Positions 12,097 through 25,097 of a stretch of DNA of 64,000 nt are shown in pieces. The notes under the pieces are model-generated. The model had not been told where the DNA came from and made no database searches. It saw only the letters and a program-made list of their open reading frames with translations. Source of the DNA: Camelus dromedarius (Eukaryota); contig NC_087438.1 in assembly GCF_036321535.1 (NCBI RefSeq), positions 7,504,001 through 7,568,000 on the forward strand, given 5' to 3'. Numbering within the stretch: the stretch's first letter is position 1; the number at the start of each line of letters is the position of its first letter. The position numbers and the translations under genes were made by a program.

Positions 12097-13409
12097 CACC
12101 GAAATAATAATCAGCGTGGCTGGTGACCAGAGGGACCCACCTCACTTGACTGCACCCGGACATTTCTTCGTACGTCATTCTTCAGAGTGTGACAGTCTTT
12201 GTTGTCTCCCTCCCTGGGCCTGATTTCAGGAGCTTCGAGAACCACCACAAGATGGCACTGCTGGTCCTTTCAGCTGGGGGCTCTTGGGCTGGCGAGGCTT
12301 GGCCAGCTCCGCCAGGCCCAGGCTCAGTGGAAGCTGGCCGTCCCGGTGGGCAGGGGCTCCTGGCCTCTTAGGACAAGTGTGTCCCCTCTCCCTAAGGAAC
12401 AGGTCCTTGTCCAGTGAGTCTGACTAAAGAGAAACCAAACACAACTCCAGTGCTTTCAATGGAATTCTAAATCAGAGAGAAAATAATCAGGATTTGGCAC
12501 ACGGAGTTCGTAGTATCTTGTTAAAGGGTGTGAGCCAAGGTGCTCTTTGGGCGAGAACGTCTGAACTCGCACGTTTCCACCTTTGTTTAGAGGAGCAGCG
12601 TCTCTCGTCCCCAGACTCAGACCTGCCGACCCCAGGGTGCCGTGACTTTAGGACAAAACTCAGCCCAGCCTGCTCCTCTGAGTCTGTCCTAGGGACGACT
12701 GAGGTCTGCGTCTCCGTATGGGAGGGCAGACAGATGCTTTGGGATTCTAAAAAGACCACTCCCAGATGACGTTCCACCCACAGATATTCGGCTAAGTACT
12801 GATGCAGATGCCAGCCCCTCACCACCGCTTGTAGAGAAGGCTGATGCCCCGAGAACTGGGTGTGCGGGTGAGCATGGCCTCCGCGTAAACGATGTGTCCC
12901 ACACACGCAGAAGGTACAGTGAAAGCTACCCTAACAGGGCCTGGGGACCCTGTCTTCCCTCCAGACACATACTTCCAGAAAGCCACGCTAAGCCTTGCGT
13001 CAGTGCCCTCTACGTACAGGACGTCTCCTCGCGTCACCTACAGCTTCCCCTTCTCCGTCTTCCCGCCGCCCTTACCTTACTCTCTCTCCTTTACTGGATG
13101 CAAGAAGAGAAGATAAATACAGTAATTCTAATAATGAGAATTTATTAGCTTGCTGCTTATGGATTTAACACATAGGGGTCATCCTGGGCCAGTGTGTGTC
13201 TCCACTCCTTGGCTCCTGATTACTTTCTCTCGGATTTGAAATTTCACGATACAGAGTGGTCGCCAAATCTGACTACGCTTGAGAGAAACTTGGCCACGCT
13301 TCCCAACAGTGTGTGGAGGACCCAGGCATCCGTATGAAATTCACCTGATTCTGCCACTGTCTGCAGAGCTCAGAGAAGACTTAGAAGCCCAGATGAAAGC
13401 CGGGCAACG

Positions 13410-13580
13410 GAGCGTTTGAGGACTGGGCTTTGGAGGCAGTTGGCTCTGGGTTCAAATCTTAGTTGAGACAAATAGCCTCTTTGAGCCTCAGTGTCCACCT
13501 GTAAAATGGGTACAATCCCTATTTCATAGAACAGGTTGGGGTTCAAATGAGAAAATGTATACACTGTGCTTAGGACAGAA
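13410..13580 (+). mobile_element. MIR SINE
   Basis: ctgggttcaaatc...gagcctcagtgtccacctgtaaaatggg...aaatgagaaaatgtata. Confidence 0.75.
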
Positions 13581-13689
13581 TACTGCTGCCACTGACAAAA
13601 TCACATTTAGGGGTAATGAATACTCAATTAGTTCCCTAGATAAAGACAGTGCAGAAGTTGCTATTGTCTTCTAAACTGTCATTTAAGAA

Positions 13690-13825
13690 TTCTTTTCTTC
13701 TTTCCTTTTTTCTTTCCTTCCTTCTTCCTTCCTTTCTCTCTCTTTCCCTCTTTCTTTCTCTTTCTTCCTTCCTTCTTTCTTTCTTCCCTTCCTTCCTTCC
13801 TTCCTTCCTTCCTTCCTTCCTTCCT

Positions 13826-13893
<68 letters not shown>

Positions 13894-13895
13894 TC
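13690..13895. repeat. Compound polypyrimidine microsatellite (TTCC)n/(TTTC)n
   Basis: About 205 nt consisting only of C and T on the + strand. Confidence 0.97.
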
Positions 13896-14189
13896 ACTAG
13901 AGAATTTTAGGGCTTCTTAGAGCTTCTCTGAGAATGCCAAAGGACCCACCTTAAGTTTTTTCTCCTTGTTCTAAGCACCAGGCTGTACTGTGGGAAGGAT
14001 TTGAGGGCATCACAGAGAGAAAATCTCCCTGCACCAAAGATTCTGAACCCTGGCCTGCCTTCCCCACATCATTCCCAGCATCCTGTGCTATTGAAACAGT
14101 ATGGGGGGCAAGGAAAACCCTTTGTGTTGCTCAATGTCCCAGGGAAGACACACCTTCCCAGGAAGGCATGTTGTCCCAGGAAGAACACG

Positions 14190-14688
14190 TGATAGAAAAG
14201 GACAAGTCCGACTCCACATTAGATCTGTTCTTTTGGCTTTAATCCTGTGCTTTGTTTTCTAGGCTGAGTCTTGCTGGTTCCGCACCTTTTGTAAAAGAGT
14301 GCTGCCTAGAGCCTGACATAGACAGGAAGGCCCATTCTCAAGGCTCTGACCTTTAAGGGTATTAACCCTTTTGCATTCATGTAAAGAAAATAACATTTGT
14401 TTTGTTGGAGGTTTGTAGGGACACCATGACCTGACCCAAGTGGAAAGCTGCAAGAACAAAACATCCCAACACTGAGAAGTCTGCAACAAGCGCCCCCTCC
14501 CCCCATCAAATATAAAAGAAGCCTGAATTCTAACTGGGGGGGAAGAGATGGTTCTCCAGGACATAAGTCCACCCTCTTCTTGGTTTGCCCACTTTTTGAA
14601 TAAAGTCGCTGTTCCTTGTCCCAGCACATCGCCTTCTGATTTATTGGCCTGTCATTTGGCAAGCAGAATGCGTTTGGACTCCATAACA
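14190..14688 (+). mobile_element. ERV1-class solo LTR (MER41-like)
   Basis: TG...CA termini (tgatagaaaagg...ggactccataaca); TATAAAA 14511-14517; AATAAA 14599-14604; U5 text gatttattggcctgtc resembles MER41. TSD is unclear. Confidence 0.75.
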
Positions 14689-16289
14689 AATATAGGTTAT
14701 CATTATTACAGGCAAAGGCTAAGTTCTAAAATTAAAAAAAAAAATCTGCGTGTTTTACCATGTGGCAATGCAGGAGACGTTGAGAGGGGGACCTGCCTGT
14801 TGGTTGGCTCCAAAGGTACGCCGTCGGAGTACGCTGGCTGTAGGCGGGCTGCTTCTGTGGATGCTGACTTAGGCAGTATTTGGCGATATTTGAAAGGCTC
14901 CCAGGTACTCTGAGGAAGTGCCAGTTCACAGCTCTTGCTACACGGTCAGCTCAGCTCCTCACATGCAACAGGGAAATGCTCTCCGCCTAGCCTGGGAACA
15001 CTCTGTGTAACCATCAGACGCTCCGTGTAACTATCATGTATGTAGTCCACATTCTAAATGTTGCTTCACTTCAGGAAGGAGCGTTTACAATGAAAAACAA
15101 TCCCATCTTTGATTCTGAACACATTCGTTTCAGTGTCATTCTTTTGAATTTCAGCATAGGGAAGTGCCAGTGAATAGTTAATACTGATGAGACAGGTGCT
15201 AAAAATCAGAGTGTTGCTTGTCCATAGCTTGAAATTAGATCTAGTTGGCTGTCTTCAGGGTCCAGGTCATGTTTTATAATGGTATAATTTGAGGGAGGAG
15301 GGTATTCATGGTTCAAAGTACAAAGTATGTATTTTCTAGAGGACAGTTGTTACGGCTTAAACAGGAAAATGACCCTGTAGGTAGAAAAAACCTGACAAGA
15401 CAACTACTAATGGAATTGCCATTAGAAAGAAGTGCACACTGATATTAAATCAAATACAGACACCAAAACACTCGTCTGTTCTGGGTCTACTCCCATCGTA
15501 GGAAGTACAGGGGGCTGACCTTACATGGGACCACCTCACATTAGGATGGTTCTGCGAGGATCTAGCAATGAAAGAGGAGAGACCAGATTAACTTGCTCTC
15601 AGGAGACCGTCAGCCTGGTCTCTCTCGGCCGTGGGAGCTTTGCTTCTTGCAAAAGTCAAGACATGGCCTGGAAGCACTAAACACAGCTCAGGTTAAAGTC
15701 AAGTACATGGAGTGATAAACAAGAGCTTTTGGATTTCTCTGTGGCTGGATTCACCACTAATTACATCCTTAATCCACCCTCCAAACTCACGGCAGGGAGG
15801 GATCTGGGGAGCTGATAGCGGCCGTCACTCGCTCCCCAGGCAGCGGGCGCACACGATAAGCGACAAGCTGCCGTCCTCAGCGGCCTCCGGATTTGCACAC
15901 TCAGCTGCTGCCTGATTAAATCGCTGGCTCTGCGGACCCTCCTCAGATCACACCACGCCCTTGTGCCTCTCCCAGAATTAACAGCAGAAGAGGAGCAAAG
16001 TCAAGTACACAGAAAACCAAACCCACCTCTAATTCTGCTTGCTTTTAAGAAAACCAACTAGTGAGTTAGGGTGACTTCCATTCAGTCCACCGGCTCCCAC
16101 CCTCACCCCCATGTTTAGAGCCGACGCTTCAGAATATTCTCATAGCACGGAGCACAGGACAGACTGTCAAAGTCACTGCGGTTTGGGAGGTGCACTCTGA
16201 GTGCCGATTAAAACTCTGACCCTCTCCTCTGACCCGGTCACTGTCTGGGTAAATCACCATTCAGGGTCCTGAGGTTTATTTGTTGATCA

Positions 16290-16390
16290 TCAGTTTCATT
16301 TATTTGTTCACTCAACAGAAATATATGTAAATACATATACACTCTAAGTACCAAACATGCCCCCAAGTGAGGAAGTGTTTACGTTAACGT
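16290..16390 (-). mobile_element. L2 3'-end fragment
   Basis: ttcatttatttgttcactcaacagaaatatat resembles an antisense L2 tail. Confidence 0.4.
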
Positions 16391-18688
16391 GTGGGGCGCC
16401 TCCTGATTCCTGCTTGTGCAGGAGCTGGAGGGAACTTGTCCCTGCTTCTCATCACCATCATCCTCTTCCTCCAGGCCACCAGCACCCATTGGACAGGGCT
16501 CTGGTTCAGGGCCAGGTGGAGACAAATGCCATCAGAGAGCCGGTCCCAGGCGGCCCCTTGAGTTTCATCAGGAGGCTGACGGGGCACACCTGTGAGGTCT
16601 ACCAGCTGGAAAACAGCTCATATTTTTCTGGAAAAGGATATTCCTTAGTTCAAGGTGGCCAGTCTCTGTGGCAACCACAAGAAAACCAAGGACGTCCTTA
16701 AGGACAGGAAGAACTTACACAAGCTGATCCTCCGATGGGGATGTGAGTCCTCCCAGGGCTGCTCCTGAGCGCGTGCTGGGGAACCAGAGAATCTCTCTGA
16801 ACTTGGCAAATAAAGATTTCAGATGAAGGACAGAAAAGCAGGAGCAGGCATGCCGCCCTGGACCCCGTGCCAAAGCTCTCACCACCACCTTCCCTTCCCT
16901 TTGGGTGTCTCCTTCCTTGGGGCCCCTTGCTTTCCATGGGGGCAGCCAGATAATCTACTTTTGCCACCAGCGAAGCACTCAGCATGCCCAGTTTATTAAC
17001 AAGTGATGTGGATGACAGTGGCGAGGCAGCCGCCTGGGGCTGGAAGAGAAAGTGGCCGGCGGATGGAAAACACGCGTTCTCACTGATGGTCAGGAGGCCG
17101 GGGGCACTGAGCCTCAGCTTCTTCATTGGGATGAGGAGCTGATTCCTTCCTCTGGAGTTCACAGGATTTTGGGGAAGTTCAGGTGAGTGCCACGCATTAG
17201 GCAAACTGCATACGGAGTGGGACTCAAGGAGAGGCCGTTGTTGGGTTAATGTGTAAATTGAAGCAGATTTATCCCCGTAAGTGGGGAGGAAGGAATGGAT
17301 GGTGGTTATTATACTTATAGAAATTAGAGCAGAGAAGCACATCCTTGTGTCTGGAGGACAGCTGTCATCTGTAACCAGAGGCAACACTTGGGGACCACAA
17401 CATGGATCGGGCCAGGGCTTTGGGGAAAGAACTGGACAAGCCGTAACCTGGAATTTCCTGCCAAGCCGACTCGCACCTGGAGAGACGGTCCCATAGCCAC
17501 AGCCACAAAGAGGGCGGCCAGGATGAGACATCCTGGGCTGACCGCCCAGCAGGCTGGACATGACACATGTCTAGAGATACTAGGGTTTAAACTTCATGTT
17601 TAAGAAATGAAAGGAGAATGCATGTTTTATAAGCCTCATATTGGGATGGCATGCATGAACACACAAACCCGCCGGAGCCTGCCTTCCACCATCGTGGGGC
17701 AAATAAATCCTCACTGAAGGCTCAGCCATTCCGAGGGAGTGATGGAAAGTGTAAGAACGGCACAGTCACATTTCAGAGGAGTAGAAAACTCCCGCACTCA
17801 AGCTAAAGGATTTGGGATGCAAACTACGGCTGGGGGAAAGGAGCATCTGGGGAGCCTTTTTCACTTTTTCTTTTTAACATCTGCTGGGATTTTCGTTAGG
17901 GTCGGGAGAGGAGCAACTTTCAGCTGAAGAGCAGCTTCTGGCTGGGGAGCTTGACGTGGCACTGTTGGGACCCAGGGCGGCACGGATGCTCAAAGCACGG
18001 TGGGGGCGCGTGTGTGGATGTTCACTGCCACTAGTGCCTGTGCCCGGGCACTGAATAAACACAGAGCAACCACTGGTGCAGCCACGGGCCGGGTGATGGA
18101 GACCCAGGGCCACCAGCGCAGCCTGACTGCACTGGGTGCTGGGCTCCGCAGGGTGGGCTGGGGTCCAAGACAGACTTGCCCTACGTGCAGGTGGACCCAG
18201 AGCCTTGTTTGTCGGGGTCATATGCTACGGGTAAGTGAACCCTGTCGATTTGCATTTTGTTATCCCAAACTAGAACACGTGGCCTGATAGGTAGAAGTTA
18301 TCGTGTGGACAATGGGAGAGAATATTTGAAATCAGAACTATTCCAGGAAATCTAGGCCACATGGACTCTGGTGTAGAGGGTTTGCATTGTCCCACAACCT
18401 CAGTTAATGCGTCCAGTGATGGAGCTGTCACCTTGGCAACCAGAGGGAAGGACCCTAAGGACTGGTGACATCCAGGAGGCAACCTGGAAAGGGTGGGGCA
18501 CGGAGTTGGCTGGGCAGCAGGTGTGGGGGGAATGGTCAACATGCACTCAGGGGCCTTCCCAAGGAAACGGAGGGCAGGAGTCCACGTGAAACACGTGGTC
18601 GAGGACACAGATAAAAGTCATTTGCATCTGGGCTGCTGCTTTCACAGAAGCAGGTGAAGATGGGATGGGAGTACTAACCTGAAACATG

Positions 18689-18837
18689 AATTAAAAAAAA
18701 TTGGGGGTTGGGGGAAGTAGTTAGATTTAATTATTTACTTATTTGTAATGGAGGTACTGGGAGCTGAACCCAGGACCTTGTGCAGGCTAAGCACGTGCTC
18801 TACCACTGAGCTAGATAGACCCTCCCGCCCCCCGCCT
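18689..18837 (-). mobile_element. Camelid tRNA-derived SINE (vic-1-like)
   Basis: ggaggtactgggagctgaacccaggaccttgtgcaggctaagcacgtgctctaccactgagcta; TSD tgaaacatg at 18680-18688 and 18838-18846. Confidence 0.88.
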
Positions 18838-19559
18838 TGAAACATGGTTTTAAACATAATTTCCATCCCCTACAGAGACCCCCAGTCAAAGAGGAGTTCT
18901 TCTTAAACTCAAGGTGCTATTTGTTGCTGTCTCTCGGCATTTGCCTCAGAAAGGTGCTGATCTGAATGTAAAGGAAAAAGCAGCATCTTTCTGGCTCAGT
19001 AGCAGTAGAGTCCTAACACAATGCTCAGTGCCGTCAGTACATTTTCTGCACTGCAGCCTTCAAAAACGATCGCAGAGGCAGATGGCATTGTATTTGTCTT
19101 CCTATCTTCTTCCAGAAGTGAAAAAAAAAAAAAAAAAAGCAGCCAAGCCCCTCCTGCCTCCTCCCTGACCAGTAGAGGGAAGACGGAATCGGCCCCAGTC
19201 GTCCTGGAGATGGTCACGTGTCCCCGACTCCCTGAGACAGTCGGGGTTTAGACCAAGGTCACAGTGTAATTACCAATAGCACCTCCTTTCACTCTCAGAA
19301 CCACACCAATCTACACACATTGCACAGCCACTCCAAGCCAAGACACAGAATTCTAGAAAGACCCTCACCATTTCTGGGGCTCTCAGGAGTTCCATCGTGT
19401 GTGTTAGAAACGCTGGTATTCCTTCTGCCTGTATGACCTTAAACTAAGCCAGCTTTAAAGGTGGCTCACATGTTATCTTTCCATGGCTTTCCCTGTCCCT
19501 CCCACCAGAACTGACCCTTTCCCAGCTGGGTTCCCGTAAGAACTTCCCACTTACCACAA

Positions 19560-19690
19560 TGCAGTGTAGGCTCTTGCATTGCTTAACTCCCCTTCAAGGT
19601 CAAGGGGAACTTGTTGTGCTCTCAGAACCTGACATAGTGCCTGGTGCACACAGAGGCTCAGTGTATGCTGTCAGCACCAGATGAGTGTCT
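19560..19690 (+). mobile_element. L2 3'-end fragment
   Basis: cagaacctgacatagtgcctggtgcacacagaggctcagtgtatgct. Confidence 0.5.
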
Positions 19691-21639
19691 CAGGCACGGT
19701 CTGTAGCAGCGGCAGGGAGTGAATCAACCAGGGTGACTCAGTGGGGCTGTTTGGGGCACCGATGTCTTAGGAATGCACCAAACTCCTCTTGCACCAGAGC
19801 CCCAAAGGCTTGCAAAGGAGCTACTCAAGATGTGGACTTCTTTTTGTCACCTACCAATCTGGCTCGGCCAGATCTGCTGGCGCTGGGGGGACAACCCGGA
19901 GTTCCCGAGCACACGGGCTCTTCCTCCAGCTTTTTGCCAGAATGATCTTGAAGACCAGTATATGGTCTCTCTCCCAGTTAAGAGACAGCTCAGGCTAAGA
20001 GGTGCATCTTCACATCATCTCAAGTCAAACAGAGAGTAGGGATGGAACCATGAGTTGAGTCTTAAATGATAAGAGCAGTTAGCTGGGGACAGAAGGAAGA
20101 GAGGGAAAGGCGGTGCCTTACTCAGACTGTTTTTGAGAGTCTGAATTAGCAGGGAAAAAACCTCATCAACTGTCTGTACGGCAATTCCTCACAGATGCCA
20201 ACAAGGGCTGGGTTTCTTTGCAGGACTTTTGCCATATTTCCCTAAAAATCGGGGATGGTTCAAAAAAATACAGGTGACCAGACTGAGGCCTGGGCTCAAA
20301 GACAGCCAACCTTATAAAGAAACCAGTCTTTTAAAATAAAATATGACTTCATTTAATAGAAGAGGGGCCATGAGGTCCAAGGCATTTTCTCTGGAGCTTG
20401 GGGAAGATAAAAATGTGCAGCTGCTGTTGCAGCCCTCAGCATGGACAGTGTTTGGTTTTTGGTTTTTTTGTTGTTGTTTTTGTTGTTTTAGCACGTTTTG
20501 CTTCTGCAGCTGGATTCTCAAACACCTGAAGGGTCCAGGTCTCCCTTTTGAAACTTTCTTCTCCTTGACTGCGGTCACACCTGATCACCGGCTTTGGGGA
20601 TCTGCGAGTGAGCATTAGGAATCTGGCTACTTGCGCTGACTCCCGCTTCTCACACAAGAGCACGGGAGAGGTAGGGGGTCTGTGAGGAATGGCTCCCCTG
20701 CGGGCGGCAGCCCACCCCTCCCAGAAGAGAGAGCCCGAGAAGCAGGCGGTCACTTGTTTGGATATAGGATCTCTTTCCCCTTAGAAGTGACATCAGTGAT
20801 GCGTAGGTCCCCAGACTGTCTCATCATCCAGGTAACCCACGTGTAGGATGCTAAACACCAGTGTCCCGAGCCCTGGGGCTCAGAGACGAGACTGGCCAGT
20901 TGGCTGGTCTCCGCAGGTGGCAGCCCTGGACGCGGGCAGGGAGGTAAGCTCCGGCCTCCAGACAGGCTGGTCAGTTTGATGCGTGTCAGACACTCTGACC
21001 TTAGGAACAGTTGCGTGTGATTCTAGTTTAGAGTTCTGGAAGCATCGCCGAGGGAGTAGCCCAGTGAAGTGAGCTCTAAAAGGCCTCTTTTCTCAAACAA
21101 TTAAAAGAAATACACTAAAGGACCCATAAGGGATGAGTGAATCATTAAACTATTAAGAGGTTGCTATAAATAGGCAGGGTTAATTTGATAACTGAAAGTG
21201 GACTGGTGCAACCAGGTTTCCAAGGCTCGTAAAAGCCTGGCGGTGGCTAGCACCTGGGATGCGTGCCGACTGCTGCTCTACCTGGAAGCCGGGGTGCGGG
21301 AGGCTCAGGGAGCCTTCTCCTGGGCTGGCCTCCAGAGGAGCCTGGGGGAGCAGAGAGCAGGGCCCTGCGATGTGATGTGCCTCCCAGCACATCACCACCC
21401 AGCCCGGAGTCAGGCCTTAGTCGCCTGTGGCTTTAAGAGGGAAGCAGGGAGGAAGGAGAGAGGGAGGGCTTCCGAAGCACAGATGGGGCTTTTCGCCTGT
21501 GGCAGTGACATTCACAAGGGTGGGGCAACCTCTCAGATGAACCCATAACAGGGCAGACTGCTCCTCAAATCCCTGGGCCAACGTGGGTGACAGTCACCTT
21601 CACACGTGCCTTTGTGCCTCAGAGTTTCCATTATGGCCC

Positions 21640-21940
21640 CTGATCTCACACCCCAAACCCTTGGGGCCAGACAGGTTTCAGAATTCAGACATTTTTCTTT
21701 TTTTCTGCAAATATTATAAAGGCACCACAGCACATAAATCACATGTAATGAATATTCCCGTAGGGTCCGGGGCAGCCCCCTGTAGTCAACCCAATAATAT
21801 TTTCTACAGCAGAGTATGGCGGTTACACGAGGGAGGGTGAGTAAGGACTATAAATCACCGCACATCAGTTCAGCTTCCGCCACCGTATGAATTTTAGTGT
21901 GAAAGTATGAAAACCGTTGCAGCTTTCCAGGCCCTCCGGA
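21640..21940. mobile_element. Old TcMar-Tigger-like DNA transposon relic
   Basis: aaacccttggggccagacaggtttcagaattcaga terminal-like text; a related reverse copy lies at about 46215-46272. Confidence 0.4.
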
Positions 21941-23769
21941 CTGGGCATTTTGCTCACTCTGGGGACACTGGGGCACTTTCCACTTATTACATCCTGCAAG
22001 GCTCTGGCTGCCGCTCCCTCCGCCACCAAGAAGGAGAAATGGATTTGGAATAAACAAACAGCTGTGAAGCTATTTGGAATAGACCATGTAGCTGTAAAGG
22101 GGTGACAAGAATCAGAAGTGTTGGTCTGGGGTGACCAGAGGACCTGCGGTCAGCTCTATGCATTTATCTATAGAGACGAAAATCTGACTCACGCATTGAA
22201 ACCAAGCCTTTGGAGAGGCAGAATAAAACAAATGCTGCCAGAGAATTCCTCCCAAGTTGGCAGCCCTCCTCAGCCTCTTCCGGGCCCAGAGAACTTGCAC
22301 TGGTAACCCTGAATCACACCTGCAGGCTTCCGCTGGTCTCAGAGCCGGCTCGCCACGTTCCAGCCACCTCACTGCGGTGTGCAGGGCGGGCGGCACACAG
22401 CGCACGGACAGAGGGGGCCGTGTCGCTTGTGGTCCCCGAGCTGAGAGGAAGTGGAGCTAGACACGAACCTTGGTCCTCAAATTCTCTGGCCAACTGTCCT
22501 CCTTACCCCAGCCACAGTCACAGCCCTCAGGACTGTGGCCCCAAATACGTTCCGCCAACTCTAGTCTTGTAACGTGATTTGAGTAAGCTTGGTCAACTAA
22601 CATTTGGAAACACTGCTGTCTCTCTCTGCCTCTCGGAGATTTAAATGCACCGTCGTGCATTAGGGCCCTGAGATGTCATAAGGAAACCTGATTAACTTCA
22701 TTTAACGATGTTTCCTGAATGCATCTGAAGATGGAACCCTTTGGGGCCGAACTCCCATCAGCACCGACACACTCTGGGACGCTGATTAAAGGCAGTTTCA
22801 ACAGTGTTCAAAAGCTTACCATTTGTAAAGTGTTGTACCTCGAAGGCTAGAATAGGAGCTTATCTCCACCGGCTGCTAGGGTCACTGGATGCACAAGTCT
22901 GGCCGCCCCGCTGCTGACTGCGGGCAGGGCTGTGTATCTGGCTCACAGATGCTCAAGCGCCTCAGCACTCGTAAACAAGAGTGCCCCCACTAAGGGCCAA
23001 ACGCCCTTGTCAGCGCCCGTTTTCTGTGCAAAACCTGCTGGACAATGGGCATTTTTTAATGCCCTTTGGTCTAAGACTCTGGCCTCCTCCTATCTTCCTT
23101 TCCAAGCAAGGTAGAAATACCCTTTCATGAGCAAGGTGACAGGGCACAGATGCAGACTGAATGGTCACATGAAGTCATACCTTTGAGCTCTGATCTTTTT
23201 CCTTTGGAAGAACTTGCTATATCTTTATGCTGGGAAACATCTAGAAATCATGAAATCCTCAGTCAGGGAGGAGAGCTGAACCAAGTATCGTTGGTGGAAC
23301 ATTTTCCACCAAAGTCACATGCATTTGGGAAATAGGAATTTTGCCTTCATTTGGGTAATTGTACAATTGCCCTCAAAAGCGTGTGAGATCCAAACAAAGC
23401 ATTTTTCAAACATTCACTATTAGGTGGGACGAGAAAGCCACAGTTCTCTCTAAAACTCTGGGTGGAGGAGTTTGAACTTTACTCAGTGTCGGCACTTATA
23501 GCAAACAGCGCAGCCCTGCAAAGATGCCCTAAAGCCCAGGAGACGAGCGGCAGCCCCTGGAGCAGCCCTGAGCACCCGCCTCCTGCCAGCCCTTACTGTG
23601 GGCGGCATTCCACTTTGAGAACCAGCGCAGGTGGTCCCTGAGCATCCTGTTCCATGAACAACCAGATCGATCCACTTACAAAGTGTGAGGATTGCTTTTA
23701 GCTCTAGGATTTTGACGATAAGGTGATTGCGGTAAAAAGTCCTAACAGACATACTGCTAATAAGACCTA

Positions 23770-23985
23770 ATATTTCTCTCACTCTGTGCCAGGAACTAAT
23801 CTAGGTGCTGGAGATGCATTAACTCATGTCATCTTCACAAGGGTCCGGTCAGGTAAGACCTATCATCAATCACAGCTTCTTTACAGATGGGGACACAGAG
23901 GCACAGAGAGGTTTAGTAAGCTGCCCAAGGCTACACAGCTAGTAAGAAGGGGAGCCAGGATCCAAACTCACAAGCCTGGGCCCCT
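23770..23985 (-). mobile_element. MIR SINE
   Basis: ctgtgccagg...ttacagatggggacacagaggcacagagaggtttagtaagctgcccaaggctacacagctagtaag. Confidence 0.85.
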
Positions 23986-24739
23986 AACACAAGTGAGTGT
24001 AAAACCTGATCTCTTGAAATATTTGAAACTGTCTAACATGCCACAAATCCTGCCCTGGGGTACACGCTTCCAGGTTTGGGGGCAAGGGGAGAGCAAAGGG
24101 TCCTGCCCTTCCACACACCACACGGGAAAGTTAGGGGCAGGCAGAACCAGGCATCAGCAGCGCCAAGAGGAACTTGCAGCTCGCAGCTGGCTGGACGGAT
24201 GGCCTCCCACCCAGCGTGGGCTGGACGACACTTTCCCCTTCATTGCACCTCCCAAGCCACAACTCCGGGCCTGTGTTTGTTCTCTACCAAAAGCCAGCCC
24301 TGCAGATGGTGGGACTGGGGACACGATCACCGCGGCTTGAGGAAGGCAGAATGTTGACCACACGCTCCTAACAGTCATCGTAACTGGTGCTCTGGGGACA
24401 CTGCCCTCTTGGGCATTTACACCCTGGAGAGCTACGCTAGCTCTGCGCTCTTTCTCTCTTGGCTTTACAACCTGCTGAACTTGTACAGAACTTTCCCTCC
24501 TCCCTCACTCAGTCGTCATTCCCCGCGGCCCTGCCTCTGAGTCTATGTGCCTGATTAGACCATGACCAGTTGATTTAGGGCGAGACACCTGTTCACATCC
24601 TTCGCACACAGCCCTCCAAGTGCCCGCAGGGGTGCAGAGTGACAGAGATGATGCCTCCCCAAAGAGGAGGCGATCTCCGTGGAAACAGAGCACACAGGCA
24701 GCCATGGAAGGACCCCGGGCAGGTGATGATCATGTGCTA

Positions 24740-25097
24740 AGTGAGGGGCTGAATTGGGCCCCCCAAATTCATATGTTGAAGTTCTAATTCCCAGCACCTC
24801 CGAATGTGACCTTGTTTGGAGATAGGGTCTTAGAGAGGTCATTAAATTAAAATGAGGTTGCCAGGGTGGGCCCGAATCTGGTCTGACTGGTGTCTTTATA
24901 AGAGAATCTGGACACAGACATACACAGAGGGTAGACCATGTGAAGACACAGGGAGAAGACGGCTGTCTACAGGCAAGGAGAGGCCTCAGGAGAAACCAGC
25001 CCTGCTGGCACCCTGGCCTTGGACTTCCAGCCGGCACAACGGTGAAGCCGCCCAGCCTGTGGGACTGGTCTGGCAGCCCGAGAAGTGATAGAGACAC
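24740..25097 (+). mobile_element. ERVL-MaLR solo LTR (MLT1B-like)
   Basis: gggctgaattgggccccccaaattcatatgttgaagttctaattcccagcacctccgaatgtgaccttgtttggagatagggtc. Confidence 0.88.

Noticed and set aside
13649..13900. Low-complexity ORFs (FLSF/KERK; also VC/HT ORFs at 52524-53048)
   Set aside because: Translations of microsatellites.
16698..17561. Longest ORF in the track (287 aa, minus strand)
   Set aside because: No recognisable domain, composition typical of GC-rich intron translated by chance, includes a MIR-like peptide (MKKLRL), and no supporting exon structure.
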